Source: Patescibacteria group bacterium
Lineage (GTDB): Bacteria > Patescibacteriota > Gracilibacteria > UBA1369 > JAHKBB01
NCBI GenBank assembly: GCA_043820285.1
Contig: JBDRDX010000017.1
Location: 4,510 to 68,509 of the forward strand
Length of the DNA stretch: 64,000 nucleotides
Direction of reading: 5' to 3'
The translations under genes were made by a program, and so were the position numbers. Below, one piece after another: positions 46,531 to 58,232 of the stretch (position 1 is the stretch's first letter; every line of letters begins with the position of its first letter). The notes beneath the pieces were generated by a model. That model was not told the origin of the DNA. It was given only the letters and a program-made list of their open reading frames with translations, and made no database searches.

Positions 46531-47602
46531 CCAACTTTTTCGCTTGATCTTCAGTCTGCAGAGCATCTATGATTCCACCTATATCTCCATCCATAATACC
46601 TGGTAGATTACTCCAATTCCGCTTAATCCTGTGATCTGTAATCCTGTCCTGAGGAAAATTGTAAGTACGAATCTTTTCAGATCTGTCCCCCGTTCCAATC
46701 TGGCTTAAACGCTCTTCACCAAGTTCTTTTCGACGTTCTTCTTCCTCAATATCATACAAACGTGCGCGAAGAATCCTCGTGGCTTTATCTTTGTTCTTGT
46801 GTTGGGACTTTTCATCCTGACAAGTAACAACCAAACCAGTTGGAATATGTGTAATACGAACCGCCGAATCGGTCGTATTTACAGATTGTCCGCCCGGACC
46901 GGAAGATCTAAAAACATCGATTTTTATATCCCCTTGCTTAATATTTACATCAATATCTTCAGCTTCAGGTAAAATCGCTACAGTCGCAGCAGATGTATGG
47001 AGCCTGCCTTGGCTTTCTGTAACAGGCACACGCTGAACACGATGGACTCCACTTTCATACTTCATCTCTCCATATGCTCCGTCACCACGAACTGCAAAAA
47101 TCATTTCTTTCACTCCGCCGGTCGGCCCATCATTTTTATCCATAAGTTCTGACTTCCAACCTTGATTTTCAACATATCTCATGTACATCCTTCCAAGTTC
47201 TCCAGCAAATAGCGCAGCCTCATCTCCCCCGGTTCCGGCGCGAATTTCAACGATACAATTTTTTGAATCATTTGGATCCTTAGGGAGAAGCTCTAGTTTT
47301 GCCCTTTCTTCTAATTCAAGTTTCTTCTTTCTTGCAGATCCAAGCTGTTCACGCGCCATTTCCAAAAGCTCATCATCTTTTTCATTCGCAATAATTTCTT
47401 CCGAATCCTTAATTTCGTCTTCAGCCTTCCGGAATTCATCAGCGAGCAAAGCAATATTTTCAAGTTCCTTAAACCTGCGACCAAGTTTAGTCATCCGCTC
47501 TTGATTCGAAGCGACACCAGGATCGGACATCCGCTTCTGAACCTCGAGATACTCTTCTTTTAGTTTTAATAATTTATCTAGCATACTTCTTAAATTATAC
47601 AC
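46520..47602 (-). CDS. prfA: Peptide chain release factor 1
   Basis: 360 aa. It has the GGQ motif (SGPGGQSVN) and the RF1-type P-V-T tripeptide ([10 protein letters not shown]). Confidence 0.9.
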   Translation of the reverse strand: MYNLRSMLDKLLKLKEEYLEVQKRMSDPGVASNQERMTKLGRRFKELENIALLADEFRKAEDEIKDSEEIIANEKDDELLEMAREQLGSARKKKLELEERAKLELLPKDPNDSKNCIVEIRAGTGGDEAALFAGELGRMYMRYVENQGWKSELMDKNDGPTGGVKEMIFAVRGDGAYGEMKYESGVHRVQRVPVTESQGRLHTSAATVAILPEAEDIDVNIKQGDIKIDVFRSSGPGGQSVNTTDSAVRITHIPTGLVVTCQDEKSQHKNKDKATRILRARLYDIEEEERRKELGEERLSQIGTGDRSEKIRTYNFPQDRITDHRIKRNWSNLPGIMDGDIGGIIDALQTEDQAKKLASS

Positions 47603-48413
47603 TAACTACAAAAATGCGCGATATTCCCTGCAAGTCTTTCTTGATTTCCCACCGTTGATCAAAAAATTTATTCAAAAGCTTTCCTATAGAATTTCCCTGA
47701 TCATAACCAAACTCCCCTATTAGCACTTTAAAAGTCACTTTCTTCCCCAATTGTTGAAATAATTTTTTATACAACTCGAGCCCGCCTTCTCCAGCGTACA
47801 GAGCATGGGCAGGCTCATGCTTCTTGACATCTTCATTAACGAAAGTCTCACTTCCAATGTACGGAAGATTTGTGCAAATTACATCAAAATCCCCCTTTAA
47901 GTCTTCTAATAGATCACTTTTTATCAGAGTAAGCCTGTCATTTACTCCATTCCCAACAGAATTGTGATAAGCAACTACAAGAGCCTCTGCAAAAATATCA
48001 GCCGCAACACCCTCTACGTCAGATCTGGTTTTTAGAACAGAAACAGCTATTGCTCCACTTCCGGTTCCAATATCAAGAAAATTCCCATTTCCAGGTATAT
48101 ATTTTAAAGCTTCATCTACTAACATTTCGGTCTCCGGACGAGGAATAAGCACATTCTTATCAACATAAAAAGGAATTCCATAGAACTCTTTCAATCCTGT
48201 TAAATATGCTATAGGCTCCCCTTTCGCGTTTGCATCAACTAACCTCAAGAATTCTTCAAACTGCTCATCCGAAACCTTTGTCTCACCGCGAGAAAAGATG
48301 TATTCACGATTCTTTCGCAAAGTGTATGCGAGCAGCAGCTCGCAGCTAAGACGGGAGATTTTTTTGCCTCCCAAAACAGAAACGCCCTCGTTTATAGCAT
48401 CACTAATGTTCAC
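47595..48413 (-). CDS. prmC: Release-factor glutamine N5-methyltransferase
   Basis: 272 aa. It has SAM motif [11 protein letters not shown] and an NPPY-type motif (TNLPYI). It is adjacent to prfA. Confidence 0.8.
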   Translation of the reverse strand: MNISDAINEGVSVLGGKKISRLSCELLLAYTLRKNREYIFSRGETKVSDEQFEEFLRLVDANAKGEPIAYLTGLKEFYGIPFYVDKNVLIPRPETEMLVDEALKYIPGNGNFLDIGTGSGAIAVSVLKTRSDVEGVAADIFAEALVVAYHNSVGNGVNDRLTLIKSDLLEDLKGDFDVICTNLPYIGSETFVNEDVKKHEPAHALYAGEGGLELYKKLFQQLGKKVTFKVLIGEFGYDQGNSIGKLLNKFFDQRWEIKKDLQGISRIFVVSV

Positions 48414-48426
48414 GATGAAATATAAG

Positions 48427-48633
48427 CTAAAAGTACTTCATCTTCTCACGCTTTGATCTGTAGTGTTCACGCATAACAGCTGCTGTTCGCACCTGTATCT
48501 TTGTCTTTGGGTGTACGTGATATCTTGCCTCCTTAACACCGAGAAGTTTCCTGCTATTTTGCACCTTTTTATTAAAACGCGCGATCACGCGATCTGTTGA
48601 TTCTTTTGGATTCCTAATTACGGTTACTCTCAT
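48427..48633 (-). CDS. rpsU: 30S ribosomal protein S21
   Basis: 68 aa basic protein with the typical S21 pattern (ESTDRVIARFNKKV...YHVHPKTK). Confidence 0.85.
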   Translation of the reverse strand: MRVTVIRNPKESTDRVIARFNKKVQNSRKLLGVKEARYHVHPKTKIQVRTAAVMREHYRSKREKMKYF

Positions 48634-48666
48634 GATTTCTCACCTCCTTTCTAAGGATAGATTAAA

Positions 48667-50589
<1,923 letters not shown>

Positions 50590-50641
50590 TCATTAAATTA
50601 AATACGCTAAATATATAGCACAAAGAATCCTCTGTGTCATA

Positions 50642-53119
50642 CTATTTTTCTTGATCTTCCAAAAGCTCTTCTTCCGCCTCCTCAGCCTCAACTATAATAG
50701 AAGCTTCATCGACAAACTTCAGGAGATTTCGTAAAGAAATCTCGCCATCAACTTCCTTAATAGAATCCGGAAGCGCGACACTAAGCTTCAAAACAATATC
50801 GGAAGCAGAATCAAGTTCATAGATATATGAAACCTCTCGATCCTCAAAAACAGCAATGTCAGAAATTCTAAAAAGTCCGGCATCGAGATCCACGATCTGA
50901 ACATCTTCTTTTTCAACATCAAATCCAAATCCAGTAAGTTTCTTAACAAGCAAAAGCCTCGCAAGCTTTTCATCCTGAGTCTCAGCAACAATTTCTGAAG
51001 GATTTGCAGTATAAACTTCCTGCTCACCATAAGGACCCTCCCCACTCTTATTGTTATAGCTTTTCACCAACGTCTCAAACTTTTCCAGCCTTACGCCGGT
51101 AGTTAAAAATTCATCATCCAACACAACTTCCGTCAAAAACCGCTCTTCACGATCGTACGTGCAAGAAAATTTCAGTCCGGAAACCGCACCATAGACATCA
51201 ATAAACCTCTGAGAATAAGACTTTACATCCCCCAGCTTAATATTCTCCACATTAATCGCAGAAAACGCATCGACAACCTCTCTTTCAGCATCATAAACCG
51301 ATCCTTGCTCAATCACCGTTTCCTCACCAAGAATTTTTCTTCTCAAATTCTCAAGACCGCTGTCCCCTTTTTGGACTCCAAGATAAGCATCATAGCGAGC
51401 TTGCCTTGTAGTTCCGTGTGTGAGAGACACACTATATTCCGGCTCGCTCAAGAAATCCCAGAACAAACTAAGATCAGAAAGATTGTCAGTAAAAAGTTCA
51501 TCTATACCGGTGGCAGGAAGATCAACCCTGTAATCTTCAATCTCCTCGAATAGTCTAAAAAGCACATTCTTTGTGTCGTCCAACGAAATTTCCTCAGCAA
51601 GAAAGTAATCACGAACCTGCTTCAAAAACATTATCTTTTTACTGATCATCAAACGCTTCTCTTCTTTTTTCGCGCCTTCATCATCGATGAGATTTAGCCA
51701 TTGTTCCTCGAGATACCCCTTGTATACAAAGTATTTGTCTTTGTAGAGAGCATCTGTTTTTAGAAGCAAATCATCAAAAATCTGGTTCTCGTCCACAAGA
51801 ATATTTTTAATGTTCTGAAGCTCTGAATTGTAGCTCAAAACTGCGGCCTTCATTCTTCTTTGATGTCGATCGACAAGACTTCGTGCAAGATTTGGATCGC
51901 TTTCATAAACCATGTAAGCATCATTCAAATAAGTACGGATCATGTAAAAACGGTCGCTGACGTCGGTAGCCTCTGAAGTAGAAAGATCCAGATAAAGTGC
52001 GCGAACATACTCGCGAAGATCAAAAAGTTCGGAATTTGGATCAACAAATGAAAGTTCCTTAAACTCTTTCAAAAGCGCTTCATAAAGACTCGCCTTCGTC
52101 TCGGCCTTACCGGTAAAATCGTAGGAACTCACGAGATCTTCAAAAAATTTCAACCTTTCCTTTGCTTCATCATATGAATAATAGGCATAAAAATGCTCGG
52201 CATCACTAAGCTGTCTTAGGAAGAACGAAAGCACTCTTTCACCACCCCTCGCATCATCAAAAACCAGCCATGAATTTAGCGAATTCGTAAAAGTTTTCAA
52301 CTTGTATCCGACCGAATCCAGGGAAATATTGTACAGAGGCTTTTTTCTAAGCGACTCTAATTTTGAAGAGCTCATTCTTTCAGCATATTGCTTGTCACGA
52401 GAAATATTTTCCGCGTACCACGGATTTTCAGTCAAAGACCCCTCCGGGAATGTACCATAAAGGAATTCTTTAACGAGCTTTGAATACAAAACCTTAGACA
52501 GCTTTTCCTGCAATTTACTTAAATTCACATCAATCTTTTTCCCCTCCGTAACAAGGAGGGTATTTAAGAAATTTTCACCCTGATAGAAGGAAACAACAAC
52601 GTGGTTCTTGTGAGCATAAATTTCGACCTTTTCGGAATCAAAGTTGACACTTAAAACAGAGTTAAAAGGTGAAATTCGGACTCCCCCGACCCTAACTTCA
52701 AGATCGGAAGAAAAATACAGAGAATTCAGCCAAAGATGACCGCTTGTAAGTTCAATCATGCCAGAATCAACCACTACCTCTGTTTCACCATCAAGCCGCG
52801 CGACTGCCCCATCCGGAAAATTTATAACAACAATCTCCGAATCATTGGTTTTTACGGTATCAAAAGGCTTCACTTCATATTTACGAGAAAACCTATCCCA
52901 AAATTCAGATCCATCACTCTTAACCTCAACAGCATTGCGCCCATCAACGGAAATAGTGACAGCTTCTTTCTCTTCAGCAGAACTTCTCAAAGCAGAAACA
53001 TTGTTTTCCAGAGCGAATGTCCCAAAAACCACTACCGCCGCCAAAATAGCAAATATTGCAGTCTTCACCACAGAAGAACCGCTTGGTCTGTTATGATTTT
53101 CCGCGTTATTTTCAGACAT
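50642..53119 (-). CDS. Large membrane-anchored hypothetical protein with an N-terminal FecR-like domain
   Basis: 825 aa. A single TM near the N-terminus is followed by a beta-rich segment resembling FecR domains (INFPDGAVARLDGETEVVV). Then come a long helical region and an acidic tail. Confidence 0.5.
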   Translation of the reverse strand: MSENNAENHNRPSGSSVVKTAIFAILAAVVVFGTFALENNVSALRSSAEEKEAVTISVDGRNAVEVKSDGSEFWDRFSRKYEVKPFDTVKTNDSEIVVINFPDGAVARLDGETEVVVDSGMIELTSGHLWLNSLYFSSDLEVRVGGVRISPFNSVLSVNFDSEKVEIYAHKNHVVVSFYQGENFLNTLLVTEGKKIDVNLSKLQEKLSKVLYSKLVKEFLYGTFPEGSLTENPWYAENISRDKQYAERMSSSKLESLRKKPLYNISLDSVGYKLKTFTNSLNSWLVFDDARGGERVLSFFLRQLSDAEHFYAYYSYDEAKERLKFFEDLVSSYDFTGKAETKASLYEALLKEFKELSFVDPNSELFDLREYVRALYLDLSTSEATDVSDRFYMIRTYLNDAYMVYESDPNLARSLVDRHQRRMKAAVLSYNSELQNIKNILVDENQIFDDLLLKTDALYKDKYFVYKGYLEEQWLNLIDDEGAKKEEKRLMISKKIMFLKQVRDYFLAEEISLDDTKNVLFRLFEEIEDYRVDLPATGIDELFTDNLSDLSLFWDFLSEPEYSVSLTHGTTRQARYDAYLGVQKGDSGLENLRRKILGEETVIEQGSVYDAEREVVDAFSAINVENIKLGDVKSYSQRFIDVYGAVSGLKFSCTYDREERFLTEVVLDDEFLTTGVRLEKFETLVKSYNNKSGEGPYGEQEVYTANPSEIVAETQDEKLARLLLVKKLTGFGFDVEKEDVQIVDLDAGLFRISDIAVFEDREVSYIYELDSASDIVLKLSVALPDSIKEVDGEISLRNLLKFVDEASIIVEAEEAEEELLEDQEK

Positions 53120-53234
53120 TTTCGTGTTTTTTATCTAGGAATTATATCATATATTGACCTGTTATTCAATCCCTAAGAGTATTAAAAATAAAGAAAAATG
53201 GTATAATCTTCTGGCAGCTTTAACCAAACAAAAC

Positions 53235-54926
53235 ATGTTCAAGAAATTCCTACTGTCACTCTCAGTTTTATTCCTGTTAATTCCAATAACAGCAAAAGCT
53301 TCGTTTACGGACATTCCGGAAACCAGTAAATACTATGAAGCTGTAAAATATTTAGAGGAAAAAGGAGCTATCCAAAGTGTTGTAAACTCAAAATTCAGAC
53401 CGGAATCATCCGTAAATAGAGCGGAATTCCTAAAAATGATATTGCTGGAAAGCGGGGTTGAGGTACCTGAAATAGGAGTTTTCACGGGTTTGAAAGACGT
53501 CAAAAAGGATGTTTGGTTTGCACCCTACATCAAAAAAGCCATGGATCTTAATATAATTGACATAAAAAATTACTTTCAGCCGGAAAGAGCTGTAAAGCGC
53601 GGGGAGGGACTTTCGATGATTTTTGAACTAAAGGGAATCGGAATTCCAAAAGTAATAAACACACAACCATACAAAGACGTAAGCACAAAATCGAAATTTG
53701 CAGGTGTAGCACAAACAGCACTTGGAAATGGGCTTTTTAGCGAAACAACATTTAAGCAATATAAAAGCCTTACACGCGGAGAAATAGCCCAGGTACTACA
53801 TAAATTGCAAAATCCAACAAACATTCCGATAATAACGATAGAGTTTACAAGCCCGCAAACAAACAGCATTTCAAACAACAAAAAATTTCAAATTCTACAA
53901 AATGCGTGGGAAACAATTCTGCAAAACTACCTAAAAAAAGATGAAATAAATGAGGACGAATTGCTTTACGGCGCAATAGAAGGTTTGGTGGAAAAGTTGA
54001 ACGATCCGTACTCAACATTTCAAGAACCGCTTGAAGCGGAAATCTTACAAACAAGCCTGCGAAGCGACTTTGAAGGTATCGGAGTAATGGTGGAAATGAT
54101 AGATAGCAAATTTACAGTAATCGCACCCTTGAAAGACAGTCCGGCGGAGAAAGTGGGAATAAAAGCCGGAGACGTCGTAACACACGTAAACGGAGAAAAC
54201 GTTTCAGACATGAGGCTGGAAGAGATAGTTAGTAAAATCAAAGGGCCGGCAGGCACAACCGTAGAGTTGACAATCATGCGCGGAGACAGTTCATTCGACA
54301 CAACCGTTGAAAGAGCAAAAATTTTGCTGGAAGCGGTATCGGGAAGACTTAGGGACGATACAAAAATTGGTATCATTACAATAACCGGGTTTACTCAAAA
54401 CACAGCAATAGAGTTTGCGAACACAGCAAATAAATTAATAAAGGAAGGTGCAATCGGATTCGTCATCGACCTGCGCAACAACCCGGGAGGATTTTTGGAT
54501 GCCGTCGTAAGTATGCTTCATCACTATGTAGAAAAAGACTCACCAATACTATCAGCAGAATACGCAAGCGGAATTATAGAAACCATTTATTCACATGGAC
54601 CGGCAGATTTCGCAGACATCCCAACAGTAACACTCATAAATTCAGGAACGGCTTCCGCGTCCGAAATATTCGCGGGAGTGCTACAGGACTACAACATAGG
54701 AAAAATTATGGGAGAAAAAACATTTGGAAAAGGAACGGTGCAGCAACTTGTAAACTATGGAGACGGATCGATATTAAAGCTCACAATTGCAAAATGGCTC
54801 ACGGCAAACATGCGCGACATAGACGGTATGGGAGTAGAGCCGGCACTAAGTGTAGTAGACAACGCAGATACAAAAACGGACGAAGCGCTGGAAACCGCAA
54901 TCATGGAAGTCTTGAGCAATATTTAG
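53235..54926 (+). CDS. SLH-domain-anchored S41 C-terminal processing peptidase
   Basis: A signal peptide is followed by SLH-type modules (FTDIPETSKYYEAVKYLEEKGAI), a PDZ domain (GIGVMV...SPAEKVGIKAGDVV) and an S41 core (NPGG, SGTASASEIFAG, FGKGTVQ). I chose the ATG at 53235. Confidence 0.8.
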   Translation: MFKKFLLSLSVLFLLIPITAKASFTDIPETSKYYEAVKYLEEKGAIQSVVNSKFRPESSVNRAEFLKMILLESGVEVPEIGVFTGLKDVKKDVWFAPYIKKAMDLNIIDIKNYFQPERAVKRGEGLSMIFELKGIGIPKVINTQPYKDVSTKSKFAGVAQTALGNGLFSETTFKQYKSLTRGEIAQVLHKLQNPTNIPIITIEFTSPQTNSISNNKKFQILQNAWETILQNYLKKDEINEDELLYGAIEGLVEKLNDPYSTFQEPLEAEILQTSLRSDFEGIGVMVEMIDSKFTVIAPLKDSPAEKVGIKAGDVVTHVNGENVSDMRLEEIVSKIKGPAGTTVELTIMRGDSSFDTTVERAKILLEAVSGRLRDDTKIGIITITGFTQNTAIEFANTANKLIKEGAIGFVIDLRNNPGGFLDAVVSMLHHYVEKDSPILSAEYASGIIETIYSHGPADFADIPTVTLINSGTASASEIFAGVLQDYNIGKIMGEKTFGKGTVQQLVNYGDGSILKLTIAKWLTANMRDIDGMGVEPALSVVDNADTKTDEALETAIMEVLSNI

Positions 54927-57097
54927 GCTTCTTCCTCCTCCACTTCAAAGTCAGCGGCCTCGCTCTGAGCTCTTAGAAGCTGTTCCGGATTTGTGGTAAC
55001 AATTTGATCTTCCGTGTATGAAGCGATAATTTGGATCGCAACATGTTTCATTCCGGCAAAAAACAGACCTTGTCCCACACCGCTGTTAAGCAATATGTAT
55101 CTCTCCCCCTGTGTGAGATTGAATGTTTTTGCAAGAACTTCAATCGCAGCCGGAGCTTGCTTCAAAAGGAGCTGCATAGACGAGTTTGTAATAATCGGTT
55201 TCCCATATTGATTTTTTACAAAGTCCTCAACGTCCTGAGTAATCGTGGTAACACCCAGATAATATTTTCGGGCCCTTTTTACAAGTCCAAAGAGAAACTT
55301 GGCAGAATCTTCGTGCTGCATGAGAGACCACGCCTCATCAATAACAAGGATTCTCTTTTTAAGCTCGCTTCGAACCTGATTCCAGATGTAGTTCAGAATG
55401 ACGTACATTGCTATAGGTCTTAATGCGTCTTCAAGATCGCGGATGCTGAACACCATAAATCCGGAATTCAAATCCACATTTGTAGGTTTGTTGAAAATTC
55501 CCGAGTAAGATCCGGACGTGTACTTTGAAAGCCTTTGCGCAAGACTTTGAGCACCATCCATATTAACAAGGATATCGTACAAATCTTCCATCGTAGGTGG
55601 AGTGTAATCGGATGGATCTACAATCTCCATTGTGATTCCTTTCAATGCGTAAACATCAATAAGGGCTTTATCCAAAATACTTTCTTCCTCCGGAGTAGCA
55701 CCGCCAAGCATGATCTTCAAAAGTCCTTGAAGATTGATAATAGACGACCTTAAAAGGTCACCCGGCTGAAGTTCTTCGTCCTTCAGCGGTTTTGGTAAAT
55801 CAAAAGGATTGATTCTTCGATCTGCATTAAGAGAAAGTTTCAAATACGAACCTCCAACAGTTCGAGAAAGAGCTTCATACTCATTTTCCGGATCAACGAC
55901 AATGACATCGGTGCCAAGCATCATAAGCCTTAGAAGCTCAAGCTTTATCGCATACGACTTGCCGGCACCCGACTTCGCAAACACAACAGAATTCGCATTT
56001 TCCAGAGTAAATCTGTCGAAAATAATCAAACTTTCATTGTGTCTATTAAGTCCATACAAAATACCTTCGTTTGAAGTAAGATCGGATGAAGTAAATGGGA
56101 ATGTACTAGAAAGCGGTGATGTATTCATATTAAGTGAAACATCCAGATCATCCATGCAAAGCGGAAGCGTAGAATTAAACGCTCGCTCGGTCTGAACCTG
56201 AGCTCGCTTCGTCATAATAAGCTTTCCACCAAGCAAAGTTTCTATCTGCTTTGCAACTTTCTTCAACTTCTTGTCATCATCAGCATATACAGTGAAGTAA
56301 AGAGCATAATGGAAAAATCTCTCTTCGCCTCTTTGCAACTTGCGTCTCAGCTCCTCCGCGTCTTCAAGCGCAGTTTCAAGCGCCGGATCAGCCACACTTC
56401 CCTTCTCCATCGCAATTCTCATAGACGATTGCATCTGAGCAACCTTCTTCCTGAGAATCTTCATAATCCGGTCGGAAGGCACAGGATAAATAAACTGAGA
56501 AATATCCATCGTAACTTCAAAATTGATGAGCGGCGCAAGCCAGTTTGTATCCAAATATCTAGGGTATGAGTAAACGTAAAAACTCTGCGCGTACATACCC
56601 TCCACGCGAACTGAATCGTACTTAATCTCCATAGAAGATGGAGCGATAAGATCACGGATCGATGCAAGCCCCTCCTGATAAATCTTCTCGGCTTCCATAA
56701 ATTCTTTCTTCTCTTGCGGTGTCATTCCATCAGTCTTTTTTACATCTCGGTTCAACTTCTCCTCAACTTGGGTTGCTTCATTCACTTTCTCTTTTTCAGC
56801 CGCTTTCTTTGGGAAAAGATTTTTAATATTGTCCAAAAGAGTTGGCTTCTTCTTCGGATCCTGTGGTTCCGTTGGCTGTTTCTGCACAGGCTGTGCGGAC
56901 TGCTCCGCTTTTGGCACAGGCGTATTCGGATCCGCTGCCTGCGTAAGCCAAGCGGGAGTACCCTCATTTACTTTTGCGGGCGCTGTATTTTGCTCAGGCT
57001 TTAAATCAGCCTCCTGCGGAACAGGTTCCTGCACAGATGCCGCAGGCTGAACCTGTGGAGTCGCTTGTCCTTGTTGTGCTTGATTTTCGTCTGTCAT
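54923..57097 (-). CDS. VirB4/TrsE-like type IV secretion ATPase
   Basis: 724 aa. A Q/P-rich N-terminal tail is followed by a Gram-positive-type VirB4 N-domain (YSYPRYLDTNWLAPLI), Walker A (KSGAGKSY) and Walker B (LVIDEAW). Confidence 0.7.
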   Translation of the reverse strand: MTDENQAQQGQATPQVQPAASVQEPVPQEADLKPEQNTAPAKVNEGTPAWLTQAADPNTPVPKAEQSAQPVQKQPTEPQDPKKKPTLLDNIKNLFPKKAAEKEKVNEATQVEEKLNRDVKKTDGMTPQEKKEFMEAEKIYQEGLASIRDLIAPSSMEIKYDSVRVEGMYAQSFYVYSYPRYLDTNWLAPLINFEVTMDISQFIYPVPSDRIMKILRKKVAQMQSSMRIAMEKGSVADPALETALEDAEELRRKLQRGEERFFHYALYFTVYADDDKKLKKVAKQIETLLGGKLIMTKRAQVQTERAFNSTLPLCMDDLDVSLNMNTSPLSSTFPFTSSDLTSNEGILYGLNRHNESLIIFDRFTLENANSVVFAKSGAGKSYAIKLELLRLMMLGTDVIVVDPENEYEALSRTVGGSYLKLSLNADRRINPFDLPKPLKDEELQPGDLLRSSIINLQGLLKIMLGGATPEEESILDKALIDVYALKGITMEIVDPSDYTPPTMEDLYDILVNMDGAQSLAQRLSKYTSGSYSGIFNKPTNVDLNSGFMVFSIRDLEDALRPIAMYVILNYIWNQVRSELKKRILVIDEAWSLMQHEDSAKFLFGLVKRARKYYLGVTTITQDVEDFVKNQYGKPIITNSSMQLLLKQAPAAIEVLAKTFNLTQGERYILLNSGVGQGLFFAGMKHVAIQIIASYTEDQIVTTNPEQLLRAQSEAADFEVEEEEA

Positions 57098-57107
57098 TTA
57101 TTTAAAT

Positions 57108-58115
57108 TTACCTTCCAACTTTTTTTGATTTTTTCAATTCATACATCTGATCATCAGCAGCTTTTTTAGCAATGTCAAAAACACAAACCGCTCTGGCAAG
57201 ATGTTCTTTCCCGGCCCATCCATTTCTAGACATCACATCCTTCAAGGCATCACTACCAACATCTGTCTTATTTGGGTCAACATAGTGAGATCCTACAGTC
57301 ACTTCATACCCGGCTTTCTCAACACCGGCTAAAATCTTAGCAACAATACCGTCTTTTACCTCCCCATCGCTAAATCCAGGCAGAAACGCCAAAAACTCAT
57401 CCCCGCCGACTCTAGCCACTACGTCAGTTTTTCTAGTTGCTTCCCTCATGGCATCCGCTATCGCTTTTAAAGCTTTGTCTCCCTCCGGATGCCCATTTTC
57501 ATCATTTATCTTTTTCATGTCATCAACATCGACAAATAATATAAATCCGTCACGCCCTCTCGACAAAAGAGATTGAATCGTAGCCTCCCCATATTTCCTA
57601 TCCTTGACTCCGGTTAGATGATCGATCCCAATACGTTTTGTGTTCCAAACTTCAAACAATTTATCCGACAAAATTCTATTAACTAAACCAAGCAAATGAT
57701 TTGTGTTCTTTTTCCTCTCAGCAACATCCCCTGTTTTTTCAACCAAATCTATCAGTGGCAACGCATTATCCCTCAAAGCAAGCAAAGTGTCGGCAATATC
57801 CATAGTTTCATCCTCCGTCATAATATCAATGTCAGAACCTTCCAAGATCTTAATAACTCTGGCCCTCAGATCAGAGATAGCAGTTTTAATCTCAGGACTT
57901 TCTATATCAAGATTTTCAGAAGACAAGAGAACCTTTAATTCATCAAGAGATTCGACTATAGAAGCAAACCTGGCAATCAGGTCCTGCCCGGGAGCTTCGG
58001 TACCACCACTCCCCTGTTCAGGAGCTTCCAGGAAGTGTGCTCCATGAACCAAAAAAACGGACCTATTTGGAGCTCCACAGAAAATTCCATTTATTTTACG
58101 GGTCATTCGTCTCAT
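57108..58115 (-). CDS. GGDEF-domain diguanylate cyclase
   Basis: 335 aa. It has an intact GGDEF motif (RVGGDEF) with an RxxD I-site five residues upstream (RKTD). It lies 10 nt upstream of the VirB4-like gene and is co-oriented with it. Confidence 0.8.
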   Translation of the reverse strand: MRRMTRKINGIFCGAPNRSVFLVHGAHFLEAPEQGSGGTEAPGQDLIARFASIVESLDELKVLLSSENLDIESPEIKTAISDLRARVIKILEGSDIDIMTEDETMDIADTLLALRDNALPLIDLVEKTGDVAERKKNTNHLLGLVNRILSDKLFEVWNTKRIGIDHLTGVKDRKYGEATIQSLLSRGRDGFILFVDVDDMKKINDENGHPEGDKALKAIADAMREATRKTDVVARVGGDEFLAFLPGFSDGEVKDGIVAKILAGVEKAGYEVTVGSHYVDPNKTDVGSDALKDVMSRNGWAGKEHLARAVCVFDIAKKAADDQMYELKKSKKVGR

Positions 58116-58232
58116 AAATTTTTATGTTTTTCTTTTAATTTTTATCAAGACATTATACCAAAAATATCCCTTTTATTCAATCCTAAAAAATGCTAGATTA
58201 CTCTCGACGTAATTTTTAACGCCTGGTATACC

